Shown: in pieces, positions 29,988 through 38,841 of the stretch
Position numbering within the stretch: position 1 is the first letter of the stretch
Layout: the number at the start of each line of letters is the position of its first letter
Origin: Alphaproteobacteria bacterium
Lineage (GTDB): Bacteria > Pseudomonadota > Alphaproteobacteria > MPNO01
DNA: 64,000 nucleotides
NCBI GenBank assembly: GCA_964291675.2
Contig: OZ219866.1
Span: 1,920,001 to 1,984,000 of the forward strand
Reading direction: 5' to 3'
Notes under the pieces: model-generated
Seen by the model: the letters and a program-made list of their open reading frames with translations, nothing else
Database searches by the model: none
Told to the model about the DNA's origin: nothing
Translations under genes and position numbers: made by a program

Positions 29988-30458
29988 CTACTTGCGCGAT
30001 TCGTAGAAGTTGACCAGCTTGACCACGTCGGCGGCGTCGACCCGCCCCAGCGGGCCGTCGCTGTAGGACGACATCGCCACCTTGTTGTCCGCGTCCAGCA
30101 GGAACTCGGACGGCTGGACGATCCCGCGCCGGTCCTCCCACCACGCGCCCAGCGCATCGGCGGTCGCGCGGCTCACCCCGAAGCCGACCGGGAAGCCCAC
30201 CTCGTCGGCCACCTCCTCGGCCTTCTCCAGCGGGTCCGTGCTGGCCGCGACCAGCTTCACGCCCATCCCCTCAAGCGTCTCCCGCTCCTTCTCGAAGCCG
30301 ACCAACTGCCGGCGGCAGAACGGTCACCAGTGGCCCCGGTAGAACAGGACGATCTTGTACTTCGCATCCAGCCCGTCGGGCAGGGAAAGACTCCCCCCGC
30401 CGACCAGATCGAGTCGAAGCCCGGGGAACGCATCCCCGATGCCAAGCTTTTCAGCCAT
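29988..30458 (-). CDS. Peroxiredoxin-like (AhpC/TSA) selenoprotein with UxxC
   Basis: GGAGG RBS and ATG at 30458; reads FYRGHW-TGA-PFCRRQL with TGA at 30326-30324 and continues in frame into the 29988..30305 ORF. Confidence 0.88.
30297..30323 (-). promoter_or_regulatory. Candidate bacterial SECIS hairpin
   Basis: GCCGGC-AGUUG-GUCGGC stem-loop whose loop begins 17 nt after the UGA. Confidence 0.6.
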
Positions 30459-30639
30459 GCGACCGCGCTTCCTCCTGTGGCGACCCGGCGGGATGCCGGC
30501 GACCCGGTTTTGTCAGAACCGCGCGGGCGTGGCAATCCCGCGCCGCCACCCTACGTCATATCGACCGGGGTCGTGCGAAGCGCGTCCGAGCGGAGATGTC
30601 TGGACATCATACGGAAAACTAGCCAAGTCCCGTTTACTC

Positions 30640-30806
30640 CACACGAGTCCGAAGCACCCGCCCCGCCCCGCTACGTTGCAGAATTCGCAGGGCGACACAA
30701 TATCGATGATATGAATGCCGCGGATCAGATGTTTCGTCTGGCACAGGACATGGCGGGGAAACGGCTGATTTGCCGGGAACTGGTTGCGCGAAGTACCGAG
30801 ACTTGA
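30640..30806 (+). pseudogene. IS1595 transposase C-terminal remnant
   Basis: SPKH..RYVAEFAGRHN....DQM......GKRL..RELVA. Confidence 0.8.
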
Positions 30807-30899
30807 CGGGAATCTCTAGGAATACCGGGGAGAATCGGCTAGCGCTGTCGCCGCGTCTGCAGGGGGCAGTCGAGCGGGACTCTGCTTGACTGAGACGAT

Positions 30900-31409
30900 A
30901 TGGGATATTCGGCAAAGGCTATCGCCAACTTCTTCATCGACCACTACAAGAAGCAAAAATTCACTCCCCTCAAGCTCCAGAAGCTCATCTATATCGCTCA
31001 CGGCTGGCACTTGGCCATGTACGACGAGGATCTGGTGAACGATGAGTACGCCGAGGCGTGGCAGTTCGGTCCAGTGTTCCCCTCGGTCTACCATGAATTC
31101 AAGGACCTGGGGTCGCAGCCCGTTCGTCGCCGCGCGACAGACTTGGATCTCGATGAGGATGGGAACGTCACATTCGCGGCCCCGCTGGTCAAACCCAATG
31201 ACGAGCGCACGACGGCACTGCTTCGTCGGGTTTGGGACGTGTACGGGAAATTCACTGCGGCCCAACTAATCGAACTTACCCATGCTCCGGGATCTCCTTG
31301 GGACAAGGCCCAGAGAAAGGATGGTGGCCTTAGGAGAAATCCTCACATAGAGCGCGAGGACATCGAGAGCCACTACAAGGCTCTATACGAGAAGAATGTC
31401 CGATCTTAG
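30900..31409 (+). CDS. Panacea-domain (SocA/DUF4065) antitoxin
   Basis: KLQKLIY..HG, EAWQFGPV.P.VY, L..LTH..GSPW motifs. Confidence 0.93.
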   Translation: MGYSAKAIANFFIDHYKKQKFTPLKLQKLIYIAHGWHLAMYDEDLVNDEYAEAWQFGPVFPSVYHEFKDLGSQPVRRRATDLDLDEDGNVTFAAPLVKPNDERTTALLRRVWDVYGKFTAAQLIELTHAPGSPWDKAQRKDGGLRRNPHIEREDIESHYKALYEKNVRS

Positions 31410-31803
31410 CGCAATCGACGAACAGCCGACCGCCAATGGCGAGCCTTCTGGAGAAGGCGAGCTTCCCGAAGGAGATCGGCAGCGCCTGCTGAACCTATTG
31501 AGGCAATCGAGCGGCGGCCCCGATGCTCGGCAAAGGCGGTCCCTCCGCTGGTTCGCTATCGCGTTCTCGGTCGTTCTTGTTCTGGCGCTCTGCTGGTTGG
31601 AGTACTACATCCTCTGGTGCCTGATACACACGCCCCTCGGTTCCAACGATCTTTTCGTGGTGCTCTGCGTCGCGCCCATCGTCGCGGTGACGACTATCGT
31701 TGTGTTCATGCTTATCGGGGTATTCAGAGGGTTTCGTGAAAGCGATCTGGATTCCTCCCCGCTAAGAACAGCGCTGCAAGCTGCGATGGGAGGTCCCGAA
31801 TAG
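31396..31803 (+). CDS. Two-TM protein, putative cognate toxin
   Basis: Overlaps the Panacea gene by 14 nt; two hydrophobic helices. Confidence 0.7.
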   Translation: MSDLSAIDEQPTANGEPSGEGELPEGDRQRLLNLLRQSSGGPDARQRRSLRWFAIAFSVVLVLALCWLEYYILWCLIHTPLGSNDLFVVLCVAPIVAVTTIVVFMLIGVFRGFRESDLDSSPLRTALQAAMGGPE

Positions 31804-32057
31804 TCATGACCGAGAAGACCGCCAGGCCGACCGCCAAAGCCGACTCCCAAGGTCGCAGCTACGCCAGAGGAAGCCGCGCGCGCTATCTTCTCTGCTGTCC
31901 GGCCACCCGACCCTTTCCCGCAAGCGCCCAAGAGGCGGTCCGGTCGGGAGGCCGTGGCTAGTCAAGCACAAGGATCCCAGATATCTCCCTCCCACGGTGC
32001 GAGATTTCTCCGCTTTCGCCGGCGGCGATTTAGCCGAAATGGCGATACGGGCGTTCC

Positions 32058-32780
32058 CTACATCGTCTGGCCCATCGGGTTGACGACGACCAGCTCGGGG
32101 CAGGCGTTGGGTGCGGCGCCGGTCGCCTGGACCACCGCGCGGGCGACGTCGGCGGGCTGGAGCGGCGGGTGGTTGCGCGAAGCGTAGGCGGCCAGCACCT
32201 CGGGGTGGTCGACCTCGTCCAACAGGCCGGTCTCGACCAGGCCGGGCGCGATCTCGGTGACCTTGATGCCGTGCCCGGCAAGCTCCAGCCGGAGCCCGCG
32301 CGAGATGCCGCGCAGCGCGTGCTTGGCCGCGGCGTAGGCGAGCGTGTAGCGGTAGACCCGGTCGCCCAAAATCGAGCCGAGATTGACGATCTGGCCGGTG
32401 CCGCGCGCCGCCATGTCGCGCGCCACCAGCCGGGTCAGCACCAGCGGCGCATGCACGTTGATGCGCCACGACTTCTCCCAGTCCGCCGGGTCGCTTTCGA
32501 GAAACGGCGCGTGCCGCACCCATCCGACGCTGTTGACCAGCACGTCGACCGGCCGGGCGGCGTCGGCGAGGGCGGCGGCGAAGGCCTCGTCGGCGAGGTC
32601 GCCGGCCAGCGTCTCCACGGTCCCCGGCGCGTCGCGGCAATCCGCGGCGAGGGCGGCGAGCCGGTCGGCGTTGCGGCCCGTCGCGACGACCGCCTCGCTC
32701 TCGGCCGCGAATGCCCGGGCGATGGCGCCGCCGATCCCGCCGCTCGCTCCGGTGACCAGGACGCGCTTCGCTTCCGCCAT
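32058..32780 (-). CDS. SDR oxidoreductase
   Basis: TGASGGIG and YAAAK motifs. Confidence 0.93.
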   Translation of the reverse strand: MAEAKRVLVTGASGGIGGAIARAFAAESEAVVATGRNADRLAALAADCRDAPGTVETLAGDLADEAFAAALADAARPVDVLVNSVGWVRHAPFLESDPADWEKSWRINVHAPLVLTRLVARDMAARGTGQIVNLGSILGDRVYRYTLAYAAAKHALRGISRGLRLELAGHGIKVTEIAPGLVETGLLDEVDHPEVLAAYASRNHPPLQPADVARAVVQATGAAPNACPELVVVNPMGQTM

Positions 32781-32798
32781 GTGCCGACTCCCGATGGT

Positions 32799-32871
32799 TC
32801 CCTACATATTGTATGTCGAGCGACCGCATCGCCCATATATCGTTGACAGGGGGTTCTCCGGCTGGCATACA
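32799..32871 (+). promoter_or_regulatory. Tandem NrdR-like boxes overlapping a sigma70 promoter
   Basis: CTACATATTG (32802) and CCATATATCG (32833), 31 bp apart; TTGACA (32843) - 17 bp - CATACA (32866). Confidence 0.55.
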
Positions 32872-32876
32872 GCACC

Positions 32877-33215
32877 CGCCAAGTGCAAGGACGCGGGTTC
32901 GAAATGTCCTGACGGGAAGGCCCGGCGCGGCGACGCGACGGGCCTTTTCCCTGCGCGGGAGACCGGATTTGCAGGAGTGCGGGGGCCCGAAAAGGGTGGA
33001 GACGCCAGGTGCCTGGACGCGGGGTCCTGCAACGCGCTCCGAGGAACGCTCCTGACGCCTCCCGAACCCGTCCGTTCCGGGGCTTCCCCGCCTCGCGCTC
33101 GGCTGACCCGAAGGCCCTCTTCGCACGCGACCGTTCCGCCTCAGCCCTTCCGGGCTCTCGTGGCCCTCGGACCCGAAGGCCCGTTTCCACACCGATACGG
33201 TAGCCCCCCCTGGCT
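32877..33215 (+). ncRNA. Candidate structured non-coding RNA
   Basis: Downstream of the promoter with no credible ORF; stems at 32888-32910, 32914-32951 (GCGA loop) and 32969-33032. Confidence 0.4.
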
Positions 33216-33224
33216 CCGCGTGAC

Positions 33225-33327
33225 AAACGAAAAATCGCCCAAAAAATTTTTTTCTGGGGATTTTTCCGTGGATAAATGGTTGAATTAAAAAGAGTTTTGG
33301 ATAAGTCGGTGGATAACCGGTGGACAG
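33225..33327. promoter_or_regulatory. AT-rich tract with four co-oriented DnaA-box-like 9-mers
   Basis: CGTGGATAA 33267, TTTGGATAA 33296, GGTGGATAA 33308, GGTGGACAG 33319 versus consensus TGTGGATAA. Confidence 0.6.
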
Positions 33328-33335
33328 TTGGCCGG

Positions 33336-34928
33336 TCAATCGTCGGCGAGGTCGCGGCGGCGTCCGGCGAGCTTTTCCCCGGTCTCGAAATAGCGCCCGG
33401 TCACCGCGAGCTCGGCCTCCCCGGCGTTCTCCGCCGTCCAGCCGTCGAGCGGGTAGCCGTGCCACGGCGCCCGCAACTCCAGCGGCGGCAGGCCGAGCGC
33501 CCGCCAGCGCGCGAGCGCCGCGGCCATGAAATCCTCGCGCGGCAGCGACACCGGCAGATAGGGGTGTTCGCGGCAGGCGTTGATCAGGATCGACGACGCC
33601 CCCGCGCCGTCGGGATAGGCGAACTGGCGCGCATCGTCCGAGGGCGCGATCGAGGGGTCGAGCCGGGGCACCTTGCCGCGGATCACCTCGGTGTCGCGGT
33701 GCGGCTGCATCGAGTAGGAGAGCGCCCACAGCACCGCGTCCATCGAATCGGGATCGACGTCCGAATCGACGGCGATGAAGATCTTGCCGAGCGAGGGGTC
33801 GAAGGCCGCCGCCGCGCGCAGCGCCTGCCAGGGCTGGCCGAGCTCCGGCCGGTCGAGCTGGATGACGAACAGCATGTTGCAGCTCGCCATCTCGTGGCAG
33901 GCGACCTTGCTCACCGAGGGGATGTTGCACGCCCCCCTGAGGTGGTTGAGATAGATCGCGTCGAACGCCGCCTTGCGGATCACCGTGCTCTCGCTCGGCG
34001 GGAACTCGCTGATGATCCCCTGGTAGACCGGGTTCGCACGGTGGGCGATCGCGGTGACCTCCAGCACCTTTTCCATCTTGCGCGGGCCGAGATAGCCCGA
34101 CGCCTCGCCGAACGGCGCCTCGGGCTCCAGGAAATCGGTGCGGATGCGCCCCTCGATGACGATCTCCGCCGCCGCGGGCACCCGGACGTCCACGGTCTCG
34201 GCCCGGACGGTCTCGATCGGGGCGCCGTTGAGCGCGCCGGCGATGCCGTACTCGTCGACCCCGTAGGGCACCTTGCTGGCGGCGGCGAACAGCAGCGTCG
34301 GCGGGCCGCCGATGAACACCGCCACCTCCAGGTGCCGGCCGAGGCGCCGCGCCTTCTCCCACTGGATCGCGAGATGCTGGGTCGACACGTCGGTTGCGCA
34401 GCCCACCCGGTCCGGCGCCTTGATCATGCCCCGGTAGATGCCGAGATTGTAGGCCCCGGTCTCGGGGTCGCGCGTCGCCCAGACGCCGGCGGTGATGAAC
34501 GGCGCCGGATCGAACCCCGGCGTCGAGATCAGATGCGGGAAGAGGTCCACCCCGTCGCCGAGCCCGGGCGCCCGGATCACAATCTCCTTGACCGGCGCCG
34601 CCTCGACCTCGACCGGGGGAAGGTGGTTGCCCTCGACGGCGGCCCATCTGGCGGCGATCCCGTCGGCGTCCGTCCCCAGCGCCGCGCCGTAGATCTCGCG
34701 CGAGCTGCCGAGCGTCCCCAGCACCACCGAGCCGGGATAGCGCCGCCCGCGCGGATCGGTCACGCTGCGGAACCAGAACGCCCTGCGCGCCGCCTCCGGC
34801 AGGCCGCGGAACTGGAGGCGGACCAGCGGCACCAGCTCGGTGTCCTTGCAGACCGGCTCGTCGACCGTGTGGAGCAGCCCGCGCTCCTCAAGAGCCGAGA
34901 TGTAGTCCCGGAGGTCCCTGTACGGCAT
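33336..34928 (-). CDS. UbiD-family (prFMN) decarboxylase
   Basis: YRDLRDYI..LE..G.L, NLGIYR, EIVIEG, EAPFGE..GY motifs. Confidence 0.93.
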   Translation of the reverse strand: MPYRDLRDYISALEERGLLHTVDEPVCKDTELVPLVRLQFRGLPEAARRAFWFRSVTDPRGRRYPGSVVLGTLGSSREIYGAALGTDADGIAARWAAVEGNHLPPVEVEAAPVKEIVIRAPGLGDGVDLFPHLISTPGFDPAPFITAGVWATRDPETGAYNLGIYRGMIKAPDRVGCATDVSTQHLAIQWEKARRLGRHLEVAVFIGGPPTLLFAAASKVPYGVDEYGIAGALNGAPIETVRAETVDVRVPAAAEIVIEGRIRTDFLEPEAPFGEASGYLGPRKMEKVLEVTAIAHRANPVYQGIISEFPPSESTVIRKAAFDAIYLNHLRGACNIPSVSKVACHEMASCNMLFVIQLDRPELGQPWQALRAAAAFDPSLGKIFIAVDSDVDPDSMDAVLWALSYSMQPHRDTEVIRGKVPRLDPSIAPSDDARQFAYPDGAGASSILINACREHPYLPVSLPREDFMAAALARWRALGLPPLELRAPWHGYPLDGWTAENAGEAELAVTGRYFETGEKLAGRRRDLADD

Positions 34929-35053
34929 GGTTCCGCCCCGTTGCTGCCGGCGAGAATTGGATCGCCGCATTATGGTCCGATCCGCCGGCAAGCGGCAGGG
35001 CGGGGCGGTCTCTCGATACGGCCGTCCGCATCTCCCCCCGCCCGCTCCCTCCT

Positions 35054-35320
35054 TCGTCATGGCCGGACTCGATCCGGCCGCCCATGCGGCCCCTCCGCAC
35101 GCAGGACGGTCCGACGGGCGGGCGGCGGCGCCGATGGATGGGGGCTTATACCGAATACGTGACGGGCGGGACGCCAACGACACTTCTTCCGTCATGCCCG
35201 GACTTGATCCGGCCACCCACCGGCGCCGCCACGCCTCCGCACGGCCCGCCGTGCGCGCCGATAGGCCGCATGGGTGCCCGGATCAAGTCCGGGCATGACG
35301 AGGGGGATGCATGACGGGGG
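35054..35320. repeat. REP cluster
   Basis: GTCATGCCCGGACTTGATCCGG / CCGGATCAAGTCCGGGCATGAC halves. Confidence 0.85.
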
Positions 35321-35418
35321 AAAGAGCATGGGACGCGTGGGGTGCGGTTGCGCATGACGAGAGGGGAGACATCGACGAGGAAAAGGCGCGCCAGCGCCGT
35401 AGCGAAGGCCGCGCCGCG

Positions 35419-36285
35419 CTACCCGGCGCACTCCACCAGTCCGAGCATCGCCCGCCCCAGCGGCGTGTCCGGCCGCGCCATGTCCCCCATGATCGAGAAG
35501 TGGTCGTGCCCCTCGGCGGCGAGCAGGGCGACGTCGCAGCCCGCCGCCTCCAGCGCCGCCGCGTAATCCTCCGACTGGCGCCGGAACTCCGCCGACTCCT
35601 TCGCGCCCCAGGCGACCACCACGGGAAGCGGCGCCGCCGGGGGCGGGAGCAGGGCCGGCGAGTTGCGCGCCGCCGTGGCCTCGTCCATAGCGAGGCTCTC
35701 CCGGTGGCTGGTGATCCGCATCGGCGCGAGATCGAACAGCCCGCTCATCGGACACGCGCCCTTCACCAGGTCTTCGGGCACCCCGTACTCCGCGTGCCAG
35801 CCGGGCGCCAGCGCCATCCCGGTCAGATGCCCCCCCGCCGAGCTCCCCGCGACATGGATGCGGTCGGCGTCGATCCCGTAATCCGCCGCGTTCCGATGGA
35901 TCCAGGCGAGCGCGCCGCGCATGTCGGCGACGATTTCGTCCATCCCGCAGCCCGGCGCGAGCCGGTAGTTGATCGCCGCCCAGGCGATCCCCGCGCCGTT
36001 GTAGACCGGGGCCGGGAAGCGGCGGCCGATCTTGTCCCCGCCCACCCAGTAGCCGCCATGGATGTAGACCATGACCGGCGCCGGCCCCGGACCCTCCGCC
36101 GGGAACAGGTCGAGCCGCTGCAGCGGGTCGCGCCCGTAGGCGAGGTCGAGCCGGCCGCGCCCCGCGGCGGTCACCGCGTCGGATGCCTCGCGGTAGCCCT
36201 GCTGGATCGCGTCCACGTCGTCGACGCCGATGGTGGGGTCGTATTGCCTTTCCAGCTCTTCGGCGCTGTAGTGGGGACCGGCCAT
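35419..36285 (-). CDS. Alpha/beta hydrolase (arylformamidase-like)
   Basis: IHGGYW, GSSAGGHL, DHF motifs. Confidence 0.9.
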   Translation of the reverse strand: MAGPHYSAEELERQYDPTIGVDDVDAIQQGYREASDAVTAAGRGRLDLAYGRDPLQRLDLFPAEGPGPAPVMVYIHGGYWVGGDKIGRRFPAPVYNGAGIAWAAINYRLAPGCGMDEIVADMRGALAWIHRNAADYGIDADRIHVAGSSAGGHLTGMALAPGWHAEYGVPEDLVKGACPMSGLFDLAPMRITSHRESLAMDEATAARNSPALLPPPAAPLPVVVAWGAKESAEFRRQSEDYAAALEAAGCDVALLAAEGHDHFSIMGDMARPDTPLGRAMLGLVECAG

Positions 36286-36321
36286 CCGGCGATGCTATCC
36301 GAGCCTGGGAGGGAACGCCAA

Positions 36322-36903
36322 GTGTCCGCGGGTTTCGTCTACCGGCCGCATGTCGCGACCGCCGAAGGGGTGTTCACACCCGATATCGTGCTCGACCGCC
36401 TGGAGGTCGCCGCCGGCAACCGCCGTTTCCCGGTGTCGGTGGAGCGGCTCGTCTGCGGCGACGCGATCGAGGTGGTGGGCGAGGACACGCGGGCTCGCGG
36501 GGCGGTCGCGCTGATCGCCGCCAGCGGCGGCGCGCTGCTCGGCATCGGCTCCGATCACGTCGACGGCGCGCTGGCCCACGACCCCGGGCGGGCCACGCAG
36601 ATCTGCGCCAAGCCGCTGGCGCGCGGCGTCTGGCGCTTCGCCGAAGTAGCCGGCCACCTGGCGGAGATCGTGCTCAGGACCGAAGCGGTCGACGCCGCCG
36701 GGCGGTCGCGCGAGACCGAGACCGCGCTGTCGGCGATCGCCGCCCTGCCCGGGGACGGCGCGGTGCGGCGGGCGACGGCGATCCTCGCCCATCCGGGCGA
36801 CGATGCGGACGCGCTGCCCGGGCCGGCGAGGGTGACCGTCACCCTGGAAGACCGCCGCCTCGCCCGCCGCCTCGCCCACCGCTACGCGGTGCGCGTGCTC
36901 TAG
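36322..36903 (+). CDS. DUF2848-like (FAH-fold) protein, divergent
   Basis: GSDH.D, KPL...VW.F.EV..H and terminal H.Y.V motifs; GGGAGG RBS then GTG. Confidence 0.65.
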   Translation: MSAGFVYRPHVATAEGVFTPDIVLDRLEVAAGNRRFPVSVERLVCGDAIEVVGEDTRARGAVALIAASGGALLGIGSDHVDGALAHDPGRATQICAKPLARGVWRFAEVAGHLAEIVLRTEAVDAAGRSRETETALSAIAALPGDGAVRRATAILAHPGDDADALPGPARVTVTLEDRRLARRLAHRYAVRVL

Positions 36904-38528
36904 CCCGCCTCCGCCCGGGGCAAGGGAGGGCGGCCGCGGATCATGTCGGCGGCCTTCTCGGCCATCATCAGCACGCAGGCGTTGATGTTGCCCGAGACCA
37001 GATCGGGCATCGCCGAGGCGTCGACCACGCGCAGCCCTTCCGCGCCGCGGACGCGGAGCTCGGGATCGAGCACCGCGCCCTCGTCGATCCCCATCCGGCA
37101 GGTGCAGGACGGGTGGTGGGCGGTGATCGCGGTCGCGCGGATCCAGGCGTCGATCTCGGCATCGGTCCTGACCGCCGGGCCCGGCTCGGTCTCCGCCTTG
37201 TGGAAGCGAGCGAGGGCGGGCTGCGCGAACACCTCGCGGGCGGCCCTGACGCCCGCCCGCAGCGTGTCGAGATCCGCCCGGCGCGCGAGAAAGCCGGGCC
37301 GGATGCGGATCGGCGCCGCCGGGTCGGCGGCGCGCAGCCTGACCTCCCCCGTGCTCTCGGGGTGGAGAACCACCGGGCGCATGCCGTACTGGTCGGGCGG
37401 CGCCGGGCGGATGCCCGGCAGCCAGGGGCGCGCGTCGAGCCCGGCGCCGCGGGTGAGGAACTGGATGTCGGGCACGGCGAGCTCCGGCCGCGTCCTGACG
37501 AAGCCGTGCATGCCGTTGGGCAGCCATGTCGCCGGCCCGCTGCCGAAGGCCCAGGCGCGCGCCAGGTTGACCGCCAGCCGGTCGAGGCGGAGCTCGCCGC
37601 GGAAATGCCCGTTGCCGTTTCGCGCGTTCATCAGCTGGACCGCGAGATGGTCCTGCAGGTTGCGCCCGACTCCCGCGAGGTCGAGCGCGACCTCGATCCC
37701 CATCTCGCGCAGATGGCCGGCCGGGCCGATGCCGGACAGCATCAGGAGCTGGGGCGAGTTGAACGCCCCGCCCGACAGCAGAATTTCTCGCTCGGCATAG
37801 GCGATGCGTTGGCGCCCGCCCTGGAGCCAGGCGACGCCGCGCGCCCGCACCCCCTCGAGCGCCACGCGGGTGGCGAGCGCCCCGGTCCTGACGGTGAGGT
37901 TGGGGCGCCGCATCGCCGGCCTGAGCCAGGCCACCGCCGCCGAGCACCGCCGCCCGTCGCGGATCGTCCACTGGCTGCGGCCGAACCCTTCCTGGCGCTC
38001 GCCGTTATAGTCCGGGGTGACGCCGAACCCGGACTCCTCGCCGGCCTCCATCCAGGCGTCGAACAGCGGGTCGCGCGACTTCGAGCGCACCACGCCGAGC
38101 GGGCCTTCCGCGCCGCGCCAGCGGTCGCCGCCCTCCTCCCAGCTCTCGCAGCGCTTGAAATAGGGCAGCACGTCGGCATAGGACCAGCCGGCGCAGCCCT
38201 TCTGCGCCCAGCGGTCGTAGTCGCCCCGGTGGCCGCGCACATAGGCCATGACGTTGATCGAGGACGAGCCGCCGATCACCTTGCCGCGCAGCGCCTCCAT
38301 TTCGCGCCCGTCGAGCCCCGCCTCGGGCTCGCTGTCATAGCCCCAGTCGTGCAGGCGCTCGGCGTGCATCTTGCCGATGCCGATCGGGATGGAGATCAGC
38401 GGGTCGCGGTCGCTCGGCCCCGCCTCCAGCAGCAGCACCCTGACATCTTCGTCCTCGCTCAGCCGGCCGGCGAGCACGCAGCCCGCCGAGCCGGCGCCGA
38501 CGACGATGTAGTCGTAGCTTTCCGCCAT
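36900..38528 (-). CDS. GMC oxidoreductase (choline dehydrogenase-like)
   Basis: GAGSAG, GGSSSIN, GRNLQDH, LRVVDAS motifs. Confidence 0.95.
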   Translation of the reverse strand: MAESYDYIVVGAGSAGCVLAGRLSEDEDVRVLLLEAGPSDRDPLISIPIGIGKMHAERLHDWGYDSEPEAGLDGREMEALRGKVIGGSSSINVMAYVRGHRGDYDRWAQKGCAGWSYADVLPYFKRCESWEEGGDRWRGAEGPLGVVRSKSRDPLFDAWMEAGEESGFGVTPDYNGERQEGFGRSQWTIRDGRRCSAAVAWLRPAMRRPNLTVRTGALATRVALEGVRARGVAWLQGGRQRIAYAEREILLSGGAFNSPQLLMLSGIGPAGHLREMGIEVALDLAGVGRNLQDHLAVQLMNARNGNGHFRGELRLDRLAVNLARAWAFGSGPATWLPNGMHGFVRTRPELAVPDIQFLTRGAGLDARPWLPGIRPAPPDQYGMRPVVLHPESTGEVRLRAADPAAPIRIRPGFLARRADLDTLRAGVRAAREVFAQPALARFHKAETEPGPAVRTDAEIDAWIRATAITAHHPSCTCRMGIDEGAVLDPELRVRGAEGLRVVDASAMPDLVSGNINACVLMMAEKAADMIRGRPPLPRAEAG

Positions 38529-38551
38529 GGCCCTTGTCCCGTTGCCTGCAC

Positions 38552-38580
38552 AAAGAAGGGCCGCCCCGTGGGACGGCCCT
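38552..38580 (-). terminator. Intrinsic terminator
   Basis: AGGGCCG-TCCCACGGGG-CGGCCCT followed by TCTTT on the minus strand. Confidence 0.7.
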
Positions 38581-38727
38581 TCCATTGTCTAACCGCGGCC
38601 GCGTGCTGGCCGCGAGCGTCGCGCTAGGCGACCCAGGACCCCCGAGAGGCGGAGACCCAGGCCACGCACGTCCGCGGTTGGCGACAATGAGACACTGGAT
38701 CACCTCCTTTCCGTTGTTGAAATGGCA
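38552..38727 (-). ncRNA. ~175-nt structured sRNA, possibly encoding a 23-aa peptide (38695-38624)
   Basis: Promoter TTGTCG - 17 bp - CATAAC (38760-38732); AAAGGAGGTGATCC SD then GTG; long hairpin CATTGTC..AACCGCGG / CCGCGGTT..GACAATG; terminator. Confidence 0.7.
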
Positions 38728-38841
38728 CCCTGTTATGCCGGTTTTCGCTTTCGCCGACAAGTAGACTTTTGCGCGAAGACTTGCCCCGGAGCGCGGGCGA
38801 AAGACATCGCGATCCGGCGCGGCACCGGCCATGCCCTGGCC

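Larger units (their letters stand above)
30602..31978 (+). mobile_element. Non-autonomous IS1595-derived element with cargo, inserted in a REP
   Basis: Flanks AGATGTCT / AGATATCT (8 bp, 1 mismatch); ACTAGCCA / TGGCTAGT each 16 bp inside the GG...CC ends; transposase C-terminal remnant. Confidence 0.72.

Noticed and set aside
29988-30305. 105-aa ORF as a complete gene, or a nonsense pseudogene
   Set aside because: Better explained as the 3' part of a selenoprotein, since the TGA is at the catalytic position with a SECIS-like hairpin.
32885-32912. tRNA suggested by GGTTCGAA
   Set aside because: No cloverleaf or acceptor stem can be built around it.
38697-38712. 16S rRNA 3'-end fragment (GGATCACCTCCTTT)
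   Set aside because: No flanking rRNA sequence; it reads as an extended SD on the minus strand.
38723-38738. Sigma54 promoter TGGCAC...TGC
   Set aside because: GG-to-GC spacing is 11 nt instead of the required 10.
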